DNA of 63,991 nt, counting the filler, from Octopus bimaculoides (taxonomy: Eukaryota), in assembly GCF_001194135.2 (NCBI RefSeq). It is 5 parts of 3 records of this genome, joined end to end, with 100 filler letters (N's around TTAATTAATTAA, not from the genome) between each part and the next. Parts side by side here need not be neighbours in the genome. Positions count along the whole stretch, not along the records: positions 1 to 20,652 come from NC_068982.1; 4 more parts are not named here. One strand, given 5' to 3'. Under the pieces are notes generated by a model, which saw only the letters and a list, made by a program, of their open reading frames with translations, searched no databases and was not told the origin of the DNA. Below are positions 1-11,879 of the stretch, piece by piece. Position numbers and translations under genes: made by a program. Position 1 is the first letter of the stretch. Every line of letters starts with the position of its first letter.

Positions 1-1160
1 ACCTTATAATCGTTAAAATTTATTTAAATCTGAAATTATGCATTCAAATTATTTATTAATTATTATAACGTAAATATCTAATATTTAGTAGATATGCCCT
101 TTGCATTTTTCACATTAGGCATGCTACTGATCAGATGACGAATATTCTCTTCAGGAATTTCTTGCCAAATTTCTGACTTTGACGATGCTTTCTTTTTCTT
201 TTTATGAAGTGTTCTGCCCAGAAATGTTCAATAGAGTTCATATCTGGTGACTGGCTTGGCCATGGAAGCTTTTTAATGCCATTCTCTTCCAACCAATCTT
301 GGGTCTTTTTAGCCATGTGACAAGGAGCCACATCTTCCATAAATAAAGAGTCTTACTTAATCATTTCACCACTAGAGAAGATTGGAAAGAGTCCTTTCTA
401 CAATATGGACACATATATCTGAGTTTATGTTTCCTTCACACTCCACCAGCTCTGATCGACCATTGCCCCAAATTGCTTCCCAGACATCACAGAATAGCTG
501 CCGTGCTTCATTGTTGGCTGCAATCTTTTCACGTCAAATTCTTGATCACAGCGTCTCCAGATCCACACTCGACCACTGTCAGAAAACAGAGCAAATTTGG
601 ACTCATCAGAAAATATGACAGTGTCCCAAAATGCTAGTGGCCTTTCCACCATCTCACTAGCCCAATCTTTTCACAATTTGATATTGGCTGGTTGAAGAAA
701 TGGCTTCCTTCTTGCTGCTCTGCCATAGTAGCCAAGCTTGTGAAGATACCTGACAGCTGCCCTGAGACTGACATTAACTTGTTCTGCTATACCAGAGGCT
801 TTGCAATGAGGATTATCCTATTAACGAAGTGAAGAGTCCTGCCAGAGGGCTCTGGTCGACCTGGGTGGAGTGATGTGAACGCCTTCTCTTCTCTGGTAAA
901 TTGCACAATCATTCTATTAACTGTAGAAAGCGAGATCCCAAGGCTTTCCGCGATTTTACGCTAAGTTCACCTTCAGATTGACCCACAATACATTCTCTTT
1001 GAAATTCGGACAGTTCCAAGGCTTCTTTTGTATATGGAATGATTAAGCAGTCACATTTAGAGCCTGAAATATAAAAATGTCAATTAATAAAAAATGTAAA
1101 CCTTTTCAAGTTAAAATAAACATAACACGATGTTTTATGAGGTGTCTATTTACTTCTGTC

Positions 1161-1163
<3 letters not shown>
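1..1163 (-). mobile_element. Tc1/mariner (Tc1 family) DNA transposon, decayed; second terminus probably lies left of the window
   Basis: Minus strand encodes Tc1 transposase motifs (see next feature). Candidate terminal repeat CACGACAGAAGTAAATAGACACC is the reverse complement of 1141-1163. The matching end is not seen. Confidence 0.85.
131..1010 (-). pseudogene. Tc1 DD34E transposase pseudogene with frameshifts and stops
   Basis: Translated pieces in order: [26 protein letters not shown] (HTH region), LGYYGRAARRKPFL, FWDTVIFSDESKF (first D), EDVAPCHMAK..WPSQSPDMNSIEHFW (second D and E region). Confidence 0.93.
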
Positions 1164-1192
<29 letters not shown>

Positions 1193-1209
1193 GTGTGTGT
1201 GTAGTTAAA

Positions 1210-1345
1210 ATTTACAGAAAACAAAAGACGAAGACACGTGAAGGTACAACAAGCAGGTGTATCAGTTTAACTCTCGGGAAGGATGGAAAAGTCTTTGATG
1301 TTTCGAGCCTACACTCTTCAACAAAGAGGGGAAGAAATGGAGAGA
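1210..1345 (-). mobile_element. Short Penelope-type repeat with hammerhead-like core, copy 1
   Basis: Reverse complement reads TCTTTGTTGAAGAGTGTAGGCTCGAAACATCAAAGAC (core 1291-1328), followed by the family body ...CCCGAGAGTTAAACTGATAC...GTCTTCGTC. Homologous to five other copies in the window. Confidence 0.6.
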
Positions 1346-1879
1346 GAACAAAAAAAAAGTGGAGAGAGAAAAAAAGAAAGAAAGAAAAGGAGCGAGAGAA
1401 AAATATATATATATATATACACACATACATATATACATTACTGTATGTATATGGGTGTATTGCGTATGTGCTTGCGTCTGTTTTTGAGTTGTGTGTCCAT
1501 GATCTTTTCACGAACATCCATTCTGTATACATGCATAATTTTATGTATGTATATATTTATGTGCATCTACGTCTACATCTGTGCATATATGTGTGTGTAA
1601 ATGTATTGTGCTTTTGTGTGGCTACTTATGTATACTCTGTGTATGCATATGTGTATGTACAAGTGGATTTGTGTTATTGTGTGTATGTATATATATATGT
1701 GTGTGTGTGTATTTAGCCACAAAATATCATAGCTATCCATTACACATAACGACCATTTTACGACGTTCAAATACCAATAACTACTTTATCGATCTCTAAC
1801 ATCAATGACATAGCTTTCTTTTCCTATACGATTCACCTCTCTTCTTTTGCCTATCATAATCACACACGTACACACACAC

Positions 1880-1972
1880 ACTTTCTCTCTCTCAGTCTCT
1901 TTCTCTCTCTCTTGTTCTATCTATCTATCTATCTATCTATATCTATATCTATATCTATACACATACACACAT

Positions 1973-2012
<40 letters not shown>

Positions 2013-2410
2013 NNNNNNNNNNNNNNNNNNNNNNNNNNNNNNNNNNNNNNNNNNNNNNNNNNNNNNNNNNNNNNNNNNNNNNNNNNNNNNNNNNNNNNNN
2101 NNNNNNNNNNNNNNNNNNNNNNNNNNNNNNNNNNNNNNNNNNNNNNNNNNNNNNNNNNNNNNNNNNNNNNNNNNNNNNNNNNNNNNNNNNNNNNNNNNNN
2201 NNNNNNNNNNNNNNNNNNNNNNNNNNNNNNNNNNNNNNNNNNNNNNNNNNNNNNNNNNNNNNNNNNNNNNNNNNNNNNNNNNNNNNNNNNNNNNNNNNNN
2301 NNNNNNNNNNNNNNNNNNNNNNNNNNNNNNNNNNNNNNNNNNNNNTATATATATGCATGTATGTATGTATGTATTTATGTATGTATGTATGTATGTATGT
2401 ATGTCTATTG
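1880..2410. repeat. Compound microsatellite (CT)n/(TCTA)n/(CA)n - N gap - (TATG)n
   Basis: Seen directly; source of the spurious ORFs at 1847-2495. Confidence 0.95.
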
Positions 2411-2767
2411 TGAGAATATAAACACATTAAACACTAAATGTGTCATATACGAACGGCGGAGTTATGCCTTACCTTTCTATGTTTATCAATTTTAATCAAT
2501 AGATCAATATTCGAATCACGTGCCTACGGCATTAATTTTAACATCGTCAGATCGGATCTTCCCACCCGTATACGTTTTTCTACATTCTTCATTGTATCGA
2601 TGTACGTATCTATAAATGCATCTATTGACACATACATGTATATATATGTGCGTATGTGAGTGTGTATACACAGGTACATATATACGCAAAGGCACACTTT
2701 AATCTATTTGTATCTCATTATTGTTGCTGCTGTTTTTTTGATATTGTTTACTCATATTGTTATTGTT

Positions 2768-2769
2768 TA

Positions 2770-2848
<79 letters not shown>

Positions 2849-2910
2849 GTTATTATTACTATTATCATTATTATTATTATTATTATCACATCATCATCAT
2901 GAGTAGTATT

Positions 2911-2995
<85 letters not shown>
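2768..2995. repeat. (TAT)n and (TAG)n trinucleotide microsatellites
   Basis: Seen directly. Confidence 0.97.
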
Positions 2996-3189
2996 TGATG
3001 GGGAATTGTCAGAAACATGATTCCAAAAATGTACTTTGCGGTTTTTCCTCTGGCTGTTTACACTTTGAGTTGAAAAAGCGCTGAAGCCAGTTTTGTCTTT
3101 CATCCCACCGAATTCCTTAGGGTAAAATGCTTCTCATTTGCTGGCCTTGTGCCCAAATTAGAAACTATTATTGTTGTTGTTATTATTTC

Positions 3190-4110
3190 TCTTTGTCACA
3201 GGTTTTGTTGGAGCTCCTGGAGTCTTGCATGCGTAGTGGGTTTGCTACCTGCAGCCTATGGTACCATGCAATCCATTCTTTTCAGCTATCTAATACTTTC
3301 CTGATTATTCTGGTCGTGCCAAAGAGACAAACCTTTTATAACAGTTCTACTGGGCTCTCTATTCCAAATGATGAGCTCCATGCATCGTTAGGAGTTTTCT
3401 TGGCTTCCTGTCGATATCCTTTAGCTCCTTCTCTGTTTACTTCAGGATTCTAGCGCCAGACCGAACTACTGCGACTGCGCGCGAGTTTATTGCTGAAATT
3501 ATGTTTCTGGCATTCAGCTTTGAAGCCAATATTTTTCTCATTCGCCGTAGGTGCTCTCTTTTTGTCGTTTCCTCCATGTCGTGGTGCTTGATTCCATCTG
3601 CCTCAAGTATTCTCAGGTATTTCTAACTGGATTGAGGTTGAATTGCCTTCTGTCCTGACAAGCTTTCCTCGTCTCTTCACCATCGTAGCATATTTTGACA
3701 GTCCAAACTCCGCCTTAAAATCATTGGAGAAAATCTGCACAGACTGCACTAGGCTGTCCAGTTCTACCTCAATTGCCGTAGGTCGTCCATCAATTGCAAG
3801 TGGTTCAGTTTTTTCTTACCTCTTCTCAGATCATACCCCAACTTTGTTTTCTGTAGCATTTCACTGAAGGGGATCATTCCCTGCTCAAAGATCAGAGGGG
3901 ACACATTGTTCCCCGAGAAGATTCCTCTCATGATTTTCACCTCTCCTAATACCTGCTTCCCTACTGTCAATTCCGTTCTCCAGCTTTTCATGTTATTCCA
4001 TATAAGGCTTCTCATATTTTCTGCTATTCTATACATTTCCGTTGTTTTTACTATCCAGGAGTGTGGGATCATATCGTTTGCTTTACGATAGTCAACTATG
4101 CCATGCTCAG
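3190..4110 (-). mobile_element. R4/Dong-like non-LTR retrotransposon fragment (RT domain and thumb), decayed
   Basis: Minus strand reads DYRKANDMIPHSWI..LGEVKIMRGIFSGNNVSPLIF..LNHLQLMDDL (KAYD, QGDSLSP and FMDD-like motifs of restriction-like-endonuclease LINEs), then R4-type C-terminal remnants (..ASKLNARN.., DIDRKPRKLLTMHGAHH). Confidence 0.85.
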
Positions 4111-4121
4111 GTTGTTGTTGC

Positions 4122-4164
<43 letters not shown>

Positions 4165-4165
4165 A
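4108..4165. repeat. (GTT)n microsatellite
   Basis: Seen directly, abutting the R4-like fragment. Confidence 0.97.
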
Positions 4166-4839
4166 ATCGCTGCGGAATAGTTCAAGAGTATTTTTGACCA
4201 CGTCGTGTAAGACTCAGTTAAAATCAGTTTTCCCGTGTTTGATATCTGTATGTGTATAGTTTTTATCATATTTTATTATTAAGGCCACCAAATATTTTTT
4301 GGCTGGTGTTTTGTAGTTGTTTTTGTCCCCTAAGGGACAAATCTTGCCTCCTCGGCGAAAAAAGAAACACTTGGGCGGCGTTAAGAGAAAGAACATTCAT
4401 ATTCAACGTGTCAGCGTCAACAAAATCACGCCCACCATAAAAATATTGAAGGAGAAAACCTTTCCTCTCTCCAGCACTCCCACAGTTGAAGGCTTCCTCC
4501 TCCTTCCTTCACTTACTCAACTATGAAATGTTTGCGCGTTGACTGAAGGAAGCGACGACAGCGGCAGAAGCAACAACAAACTAACTAATCTAACAGCTCC
4601 AACGATGTTAAGCATGCAAAGTGATAACGATGATTATAAACAGTAGCAGCAGCAATAGTAACAACAACAAAATATCTACCGCAGCAACAACAATAATATT
4701 AACGGCATCAAAGACAATGGTAACAAGTTCAGCATTACCAGCAAAATCAGCAACAACAACAATGATAATAACTGCAACAGCAACAATGACAGCAAATCCT
4801 GTTTTGCGGGTGCATCAAAGCAAAGGGAACTAATTTGAC

Positions 4840-6060
4840 TTTACTTAGAAGACAAGCAGTGAAAGTTAGACAAGGTAGCTCGTTATAGAAAGATTATAGC
4901 GAGGAAAGAGTTAACTGAAACTCCCCCCCCCACCTACCCACAAGACTTCTCCAATTAGTTGTTGGAGGGAAATGAGAGACAGTTTCCCGCATGACGTTCT
5001 GAACTCAGGTGTCACGACCACAAGTACCTTCTACAGGGTTTCCCCAAAGGAACACCACACATAAACGAATTTTCCCAAGCTCGAGGGCCTAACCCTTTAA
5101 GGTAGGTAGTCTCTTTCCTTCTTCCTTTTTTTTCCGGCTAACGGGGATAGCATAAATGTATGTAGCCTGGGGGTCACCCTGGAAGCAATCTCGCTATTTA
5201 ATGACCTCAGGTCGTTAGCTTTGGCTATGATAGCTTTTAGTGAGACCAGGATTTCTGATGCACCGTGACCTGGCATCCATTTTCAACGATTTTGAGATCT
5301 TCACATCTCTTACTTGATTTGGAATTGGAGGTAAGCTTACGGTGCTATTCCGGAAAAGCTTGGGCCTCGTGATACGGTCAATCTTCCTGGACCCGAAGGT
5401 AAGTTGATGGTCCTAAAGCGGGACAGACGGATTTCTTCAGCCATCTGGAAGTTTTCCTTAGGATGTCTCGCCCTTTAGTACTAGTGGGCGAATAAAGGCA
5501 CGTCATAATAGTGACCATCATAGAGGCACGTCAAGACTGTGAAGCTAACTCATAGACGATAAGCTTGCTCAGTCGCTTTCAATTGACTGAGAGTTTCCGA
5601 CAGGATTGCTCGAATGCGCTAATGTAGACATGGACAAATAGTATCGCCTCATCCAGATCGTATCTAGACAAAGTAGTCTATTGGCCAGTAGACAAAAGTG
5701 GCCTGAGTAGTCCGTAATTCAAAATCGTCAGCAACACAAACATCAGATTTGTAATTTGTACAGTCGATCTAGACATCGTAGGTAGGACCCCGATATTGGA
5801 AGCTGAACGCGTCTTTCTCGATGCGTTAAGCTTTCAGAGACCGGTTTAGCAAATTGTCCAGCGGAACTTGACGAGTGCAGTCATCAACAGCTGATAGTGG
5901 ATAGGGTTGAAAAAGGCTATTAGAATAGAGACTTTAGGGTTCAGCAAAGAAATAGCAGTAGAGAAGTCTAGAGTAGAGGGAGAACTAGTTGGAAGCCACA
6001 AGAGATCTCAATAGAGACATAGCGACTGACGTGCTGGCGGAGAGGTTAGCTCTTGACCGA
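4840..6060 (-). other. Microsatellite-free, higher-GC island; possibly a decayed LINE 5'UTR/ORF1
   Basis: About 1.2 kb of complex sequence with many CpGs and no ORF of 60 aa or more. Bounded by (CAG/CAA)n and (CAT)n low-complexity sequence. No diagnostic motif recognised. Confidence 0.25.
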
Positions 6061-7899
6061 TTCTGTCATGCCAAGCATACATACATCTGCCATGAACATA
6101 CATCATCCTCATCATTATCATCATGATGTACAGTGTACTGGCTTTGGCGGCAATGAGTATTCAATTGTTCGATTTAAGGAACTAATTGAATTATATTGTA
6201 AGTGGCTGCATATTCCGTTGACACTTGGTACTAAACCAGGTCAGCGGGATGCAAAATAAATAAGAAGTCGGCTTTTTGAATTACAGAGATTTAATGTTTC
6301 CGTTATCATTGGTTTAGTTAATAGTTTTCTTTGTCACTAATATTTCTTCATTTTTCCATTCTTTATCTTTTCTCACTATACTTTAACATGAACCCGGAGG
6401 TTAAAACTTGAAAACTAGAATTGTCATTTCTGTAGCCAAGGGTATAAGAATTAATGCACGTTTATTATCGGCTTAGTCTAGAGAGAAGGGCTAGGTTCAT
6501 GACCTCTGTAAACCCTCGAAGCTCGGTATAGAGGTGTGGCGGAATGATGCAGGTAACTTTAATCTTAGGAGTCATTTTATATGTTGACACAGGCAATTAT
6601 AAGTTCAATAGAAAAACCCAATGAAAAACTTGAGCATATCGACAGAAATTACAACCATTTGCCAGTAGTCTTCAAAGTTCTGTTAAAATATAAGTGAACG
6701 AATTTCGAATATAGTTTCAGATAAACAACAGTTACTACAACAGGGCTTTAGAAAATTATGTCAAATAACATAGTCACATACACAGTGAGATGTAACACAT
6801 GAATTAAGAAAGCACATACAAAAGAGATGTAACAGTAATCAACATATCATTTGCTTTAATCTTCTTTTCAATCTTAACGAAGAATTCTGATAAAGCTAAA
6901 GTGTTTCAATATTTAATTTGTAATCATTTCTACCCCGGCAAACAAATTGCATAAGCAGAGTGAGATTTAGTAGGTCTTCCAGCGACGGTAACATTATCGT
7001 AAATAGGAACCACAACATGCAGAATGCGCCAGTGTAATGTTCGCTTAAATTACTGCTCGCTCAATTATCAAGGTAAGCTATTCCAATCTAGAAATAATGA
7101 CAGAAGAAACAGCTACCAAAATAACAAGTAATGCAGCTGTAAAATTCTCAAGTTGCACCTCTTCACCGTAAAGGTAATGTTGAAGTGGTCGTTTATTGAG
7201 CTATGATTTCCCTATATCAAAGTCTGAGCGCTGCAAATCATTAATAGGCATGTGCGAGGAACATTTTAATAGTAGTTTCGATACTCTCAAATCCATCTTT
7301 AAATTCGCAAGTAGGGGAATGAATGCCACAGCTCCATCGAGCTATATAGACGCACATTAATGTTAACACCACATTATTCATCATAGTGCACATAAGCAAT
7401 TAGGGAAAACTTTCTGCAATCTCTGAAGCGAGAAAAGTTTCCAAATTTTAACTAAAGCAGCAAATTTGAAACCGAAGACTTATATTATATGTAGAAGCTG
7501 TTAGGAAAGTGATTTCTGTTTAAATAGAACTCTCGAACTTGATGAATTTCTCAGATATCAATCATCACTTTACCGAGAAGTCAATCACCTCAAGCTAATC
7601 GATCATCCCACATTGTAATTATGCCTTATAACGCATGTGGCATTCTTTAGGTATATAAATGTATCATTACAAACTGTTCATTATTACCACAATACTGTAA
7701 ATAACATGGCTATTGAAATATATACAATGTTCAGAATACCAAGGAGGAACATAACAATCTACATCAGTAGACATAAAAGAAAACATTTGCTACGACATTA
7801 GATCTGTTCCACGGTTGTATTGAGTACTTTGTGATAAGAAGTAAAAACAAGCAGCAAAGGCTTCGAAATTGAGTTTATTATACGATAAATTTATAGCTG

Positions 7900-8095
7900 C
7901 AGAATGGCAGAATCATTAGAACGCTGGACAAAATACCTTACATACTCATTCCAACGATTTACACGTTTTGATTTCAAATCTTGCAGAAACCCCTCAGGGT
8001 CGATTAAACAAAGTACCCGTCAAGTACTGGTGTTGATGTAGTCGACTAACCGTCACTCTCAAAATTGCTGAACTAATGCTTAAATTAGAAATTAT
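7900..8095 (+). mobile_element. tRNA-derived SINE family B, diverged copy
   Basis: TGGCAGAATCATTAG head, GGGTCGAT..AAGTAC body and GTCGACTAA..AAATTGCTG tail match other family B copies. Confidence 0.7.
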
Positions 8096-8546
8096 CAGTA
8101 ACCCTCCTACCCCCAGCCCCCGCCAGGAGTAGAGGACTTTAAAATGTTAAAGTTATTTATACAGGACAAGATGTAAGCATACTTTCGTTTGCGGCTGAAA
8201 GAAAAATAATAATTCGTTTCATCTCACCCAGTCAAATTTATACTTGCTCGTACTCGTATTACGTACCAGCAAAAACAGACTTAAAAATCTCTTTCATTTC
8301 CAATGAAGGGTGTGGCTTTTATCATACCAATGACCACTATCGACAAACTTTCACAGCTCAAACACTACAACCACCACCTCAACCTTCACCTCTACCACTG
8401 CCACATCTTCCCAACAATATTCGCTACCACCAACACAAAACCACACAATCATCATCACTATTAATGTTACTATCATAACAACCACCACACTACTACAACC
8501 GCAACGACTGTCACAATATACCCAATCCACGGCAGGACCTTTAGAG

Positions 8547-8874
8547 CAGTGGTTCTCAACTACTTTTTGACTATGGACCTTTTTTTATTACTATTCCATT
8601 CTTGTGACCTCCCAAAGCCATTCGAGTGTAAAAACTAGTTTTATAGAGGTTCCTTTCAAAATTCGTAATTTGCTTTTTACACAACTTGCGTAAGCTGAAC
8701 TATATGAAACGTTAGAGATAGAAAGCTAACTGCTTCTAGCATTAAATACATGTAAAGCAAAATTTTTCACCGACCCATAATATACTGTTATAGATTCCCA
8801 ATTTACTATTTTGCTAGCAAGGACCCCACAAAACCTTCTGTAGACCCTGGTTGAGACCCTGGTTGAGAACATTG
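8547..8874. mobile_element. hAT (Charlie-like) MITE
   Basis: TIRs CAGTGGTTCTCAAC / GTTGAGAACATTG, subterminal GGACC-like motifs, left flank CTTTAGAG (NTNTAGAN-type target). The right 8-bp TSD is not preserved. Internal 12-bp duplication ACCCTGGTTGAG. Confidence 0.75.
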
Positions 8875-8879
8875 AAAAA

Positions 8880-9020
8880 AGTGCCTTGCCGTATTTTCCG
8901 ACTTGTTGCATTCTGAGTTCAAATTCTGCTGAGTTCGACTTCGCCTTTCATTCTTCTGGGGTCGGTAATGTAAAGTATCAATCAAATTGAAGGTTTTGAG
9001 CTTAAATTAGAAACCATTAA
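8880..9020 (+). mobile_element. SINE family B, partial
   Basis: TTCTGAGTTCAAATTCTGCTGAGTTCGACTTCGCCTTTCATTCTTCTGGGGTCG matches the family B body. Confidence 0.75.
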
Positions 9021-9069
9021 TACAATTATAATGTTCGTGCTGCACATTAACTTAATCCCTCCATCAAAT

Positions 9070-9240
9070 CGACGTTGTATGAAAAGATGCACTGTGTACC
9101 ATGCGTCAGGTGTCGAAGTGATTGTAGAGCAACGTGAGATAAGTGTTTTGCTCAAGAACACAACGCACCACACAGTCCAAGAATTCAAACCACGATCTAG
9201 CGATCGTGAGTGCAAATCTATAACCACCAGGCCATAAGCC
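9070..9240 (-). mobile_element. tRNA-derived SINE family C (CORE-like), head region
   Basis: Reverse complement gives a tRNA-like head with GGTTTGAATTC B box followed by GTGTTCTTGAGCAAAACACTT. Confidence 0.7.
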
Positions 9241-9259
9241 CACACATATATATACATAT

Positions 9260-9311
<52 letters not shown>

Positions 9312-9836
9312 NNNNNNNNNNNNNNNNNNNNNNNNNNNNNNNNNNNNNNNNNNNNNNNNNNNNNNNNNNNNNNNNNNNNNNNNNNNNNNNNNNNNNNNNN
9401 NNNNNNNNNNNNNNNNNNNNNNNNNNNNNNNNNNNNNNNNNNNNNNNNNNNNNNNNNNNNNNNNNNNNNNNNNNNNNNNNNNNNNNNNNNNNNNNNNNNN
9501 NNNNNNNNNNNNNNNNNNNNNNNNNNNNNNNNNNNNNNNNNNNNNNNNNNNNNNNNNNNNNTCCTTCATTTTCTACAACGATCTTGCATCTGTCTGGTAG
9601 ACTTGCAGGGCCCCACTTCCAAAATGCACACGTCTGTACGTACGTTTGTATGTATGTATGTATGTATGTATGTATGTATGTATGTATGTATAAACTAAAG
9701 CTGAAACTGAAGTAAGACAAACTCTGCTTCAGTTTCAACAGAAATACCATTTCCTCTACACCATGTATTGAGCATTCCACATCTCTTATTCGTCCGATCA
9801 AAACCAACGTACGAGTGGGTGAGTGAGTGAGTGTGT

Positions 9837-9875
<39 letters not shown>

Positions 9876-9884
9876 CGCGCGTGT

Positions 9885-10215
9885 ACGCGTGCGTGTATTG
9901 AAAGCGCGTTGTTTAGTGCTAGGGTATTCGGCCCACATTCGTGAAGTCGTGAGTTTGATACCCACCTGTGAGTTGTGTCCTTGCGCAAAGCACTTTATTT
10001 CCCGGTGCTCCAGTCTACTCAGCTGGCAAAAATGTGATCCAAAGGGCCAGCCTTGTCGCGTTATATGTCGCGCTGAATTTCCGGATAACTACGTCAAGAA
10101 TACACTTGTTTGTGGAGTGCTCAGTCACTTACACGCTAATTTCTCGAGCAGGCTGTCTTGATGATCAGATCAACTGGAACCCTCGTCGTCGTAACCGACG
10201 TAGTGCAGTAGTGAT
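9885..10215 (+). mobile_element. SINE family C, near full length
   Basis: Head, GTGTCCTTGCGCAAAGCACTTTATTTC segment and 3' body GATCAACTGGAACCCTCGTCGTCGTAACCGACG, shared with 49330-49650 and 62770-63155. Confidence 0.8.
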
Positions 10216-10324
10216 ATGTGTATATATAATGGTAGTCTCTCATATTCCGAGAAAGAGAATTCTGCAATTTCTTGTTGAACATGATTTGTTTATAGTAATC
10301 ACGTATTTGTGTTACTTAGCAGCT

Positions 10325-10485
10325 CACTCTCTCCATCAAATTGACTCGACTGGTGCACGGTGTACTGAAGTGATGACAGAACAACGTGAGATGAAGCTTT
10401 TTGCTCAAGATCATAACGCAGCAACGGGTCAGGGAATTGAAATCATGAAATCGCAATTGTGAATACAAAACACTAACTACTAGGC
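10325..10485 (-). mobile_element. SINE family C, head region
   Basis: GAGCAACGTGAGATGAAG..TTGCTCAAG..ACAACGC..GGAATTGAA..CACTAACTAC pattern in reverse orientation. Confidence 0.65.
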
Positions 10486-10519
10486 TATGCGCTCTCATAT
10501 ACATGTGTGTATGTGTGTT

Positions 10520-10521
10520 TA

Positions 10522-10593
<72 letters not shown>

Positions 10594-10640
10594 CATCTAT
10601 CTATCCATCTATCTATTCATCTATCTATTCATCTATCTAG
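10520..10640. repeat. (TCTA)n microsatellite
   Basis: Seen directly. Confidence 0.97.
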
Positions 10641-11212
10641 CTATATTTGTCTATCTATCGTCTTCTCTGTACATTTATCTATATATTTCATGTTTCATAA
10701 ACCGGAAGCTAGCAGTGAATTTGGTCTCTCTAAACATTTCATAACATCGTCGTGTGGCCGCCATTTTCTGACTCCAAACATTACGCACTGAGTTGGTTCA
10801 CGTAGCTGGAGGCACTAAAACTCTTTGATTTATTATTCCAGCCCCCCCCCCTCCAATTCGTTTTCGCCAACATTTTCATACATTTCCGATTTTCTTGTCT
10901 TTTTTCTTACTTTTCTATCTTACATCGTATTTCAATTCTTTATGTACACACACGCATGCACAAGCGCATATACACACAAGTCAACATATATATATATATA
11001 TATATNNNNNNNNNNNNNNNNNNNNNNNNNNNNNNNNNNNNNNNNNNNNNNNNNNNNNNNNNNNNNNNNNNNNNNNNNNNNNNNNNNNNNNNNNNNNNNN
11101 NNNNNNNNNNNNNNNNNNNNNNNNNNNNNNNNNNNNNNNNNNNNNNNNNNNNNNNNNNNNNNNNNNNNNNNNNNNNNNNNNNNNNNNNNNNNNNNNNNNN
11201 NNNNNNNNNNNN

Positions 11213-11257
<45 letters not shown>

Positions 11258-11322
11258 GTTTTTACATACACATATTCACCTAAAGATATTTGCATGTATA
11301 TATATATATATACATACATACA

Positions 11323-11364
<42 letters not shown>

Positions 11365-11879
11365 CACATATATTTATATACATAAATATATGTATGTATA
11401 AAAGTATATTTATATACGTAATTATATTTTTCTCTTACTCACCTCCTCCCCCTACATATTTATGCATACTTATATATGTATGCATATATTATACATGAGT
11501 ATGCACACACGTACACGCACATACGCGCGCGCGCATACACACACACACAGAGATATATACATTCGCATACATAGATATGTAATTGCACAGGTTACAATAA
11601 ATATATACATACATACATATGTATGTATATACATACAAAGACATACACGTTCATGCACACTTATATATCAATATATCTATCTCTCTGTTCCTCTCACTCT
11701 CTGTTTCTCTTATCTCTACGCTCTTCTTTCACCATCTTGTTTTTTAGCAATACGCGTCTCTCTCTCCTCCTCTCTCCTTCTCTCTTCATTTTTTCTGACT
11801 GCCTCTACATCCCTCTCGCTCCCCTATCTCTGCATATCTGTCTCTACTTCTTCTTGCCTTCTTTCTTTCCTATCTCAGC

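Noticed and set aside
4322-4341. Palindrome TTTGTCCC-CTAA-GGGACAAA as a COE/EBF site
   Set aside because: The spacer is 4 nt rather than the 2 nt of TCCCNNGGGA, and it is a single short palindrome.
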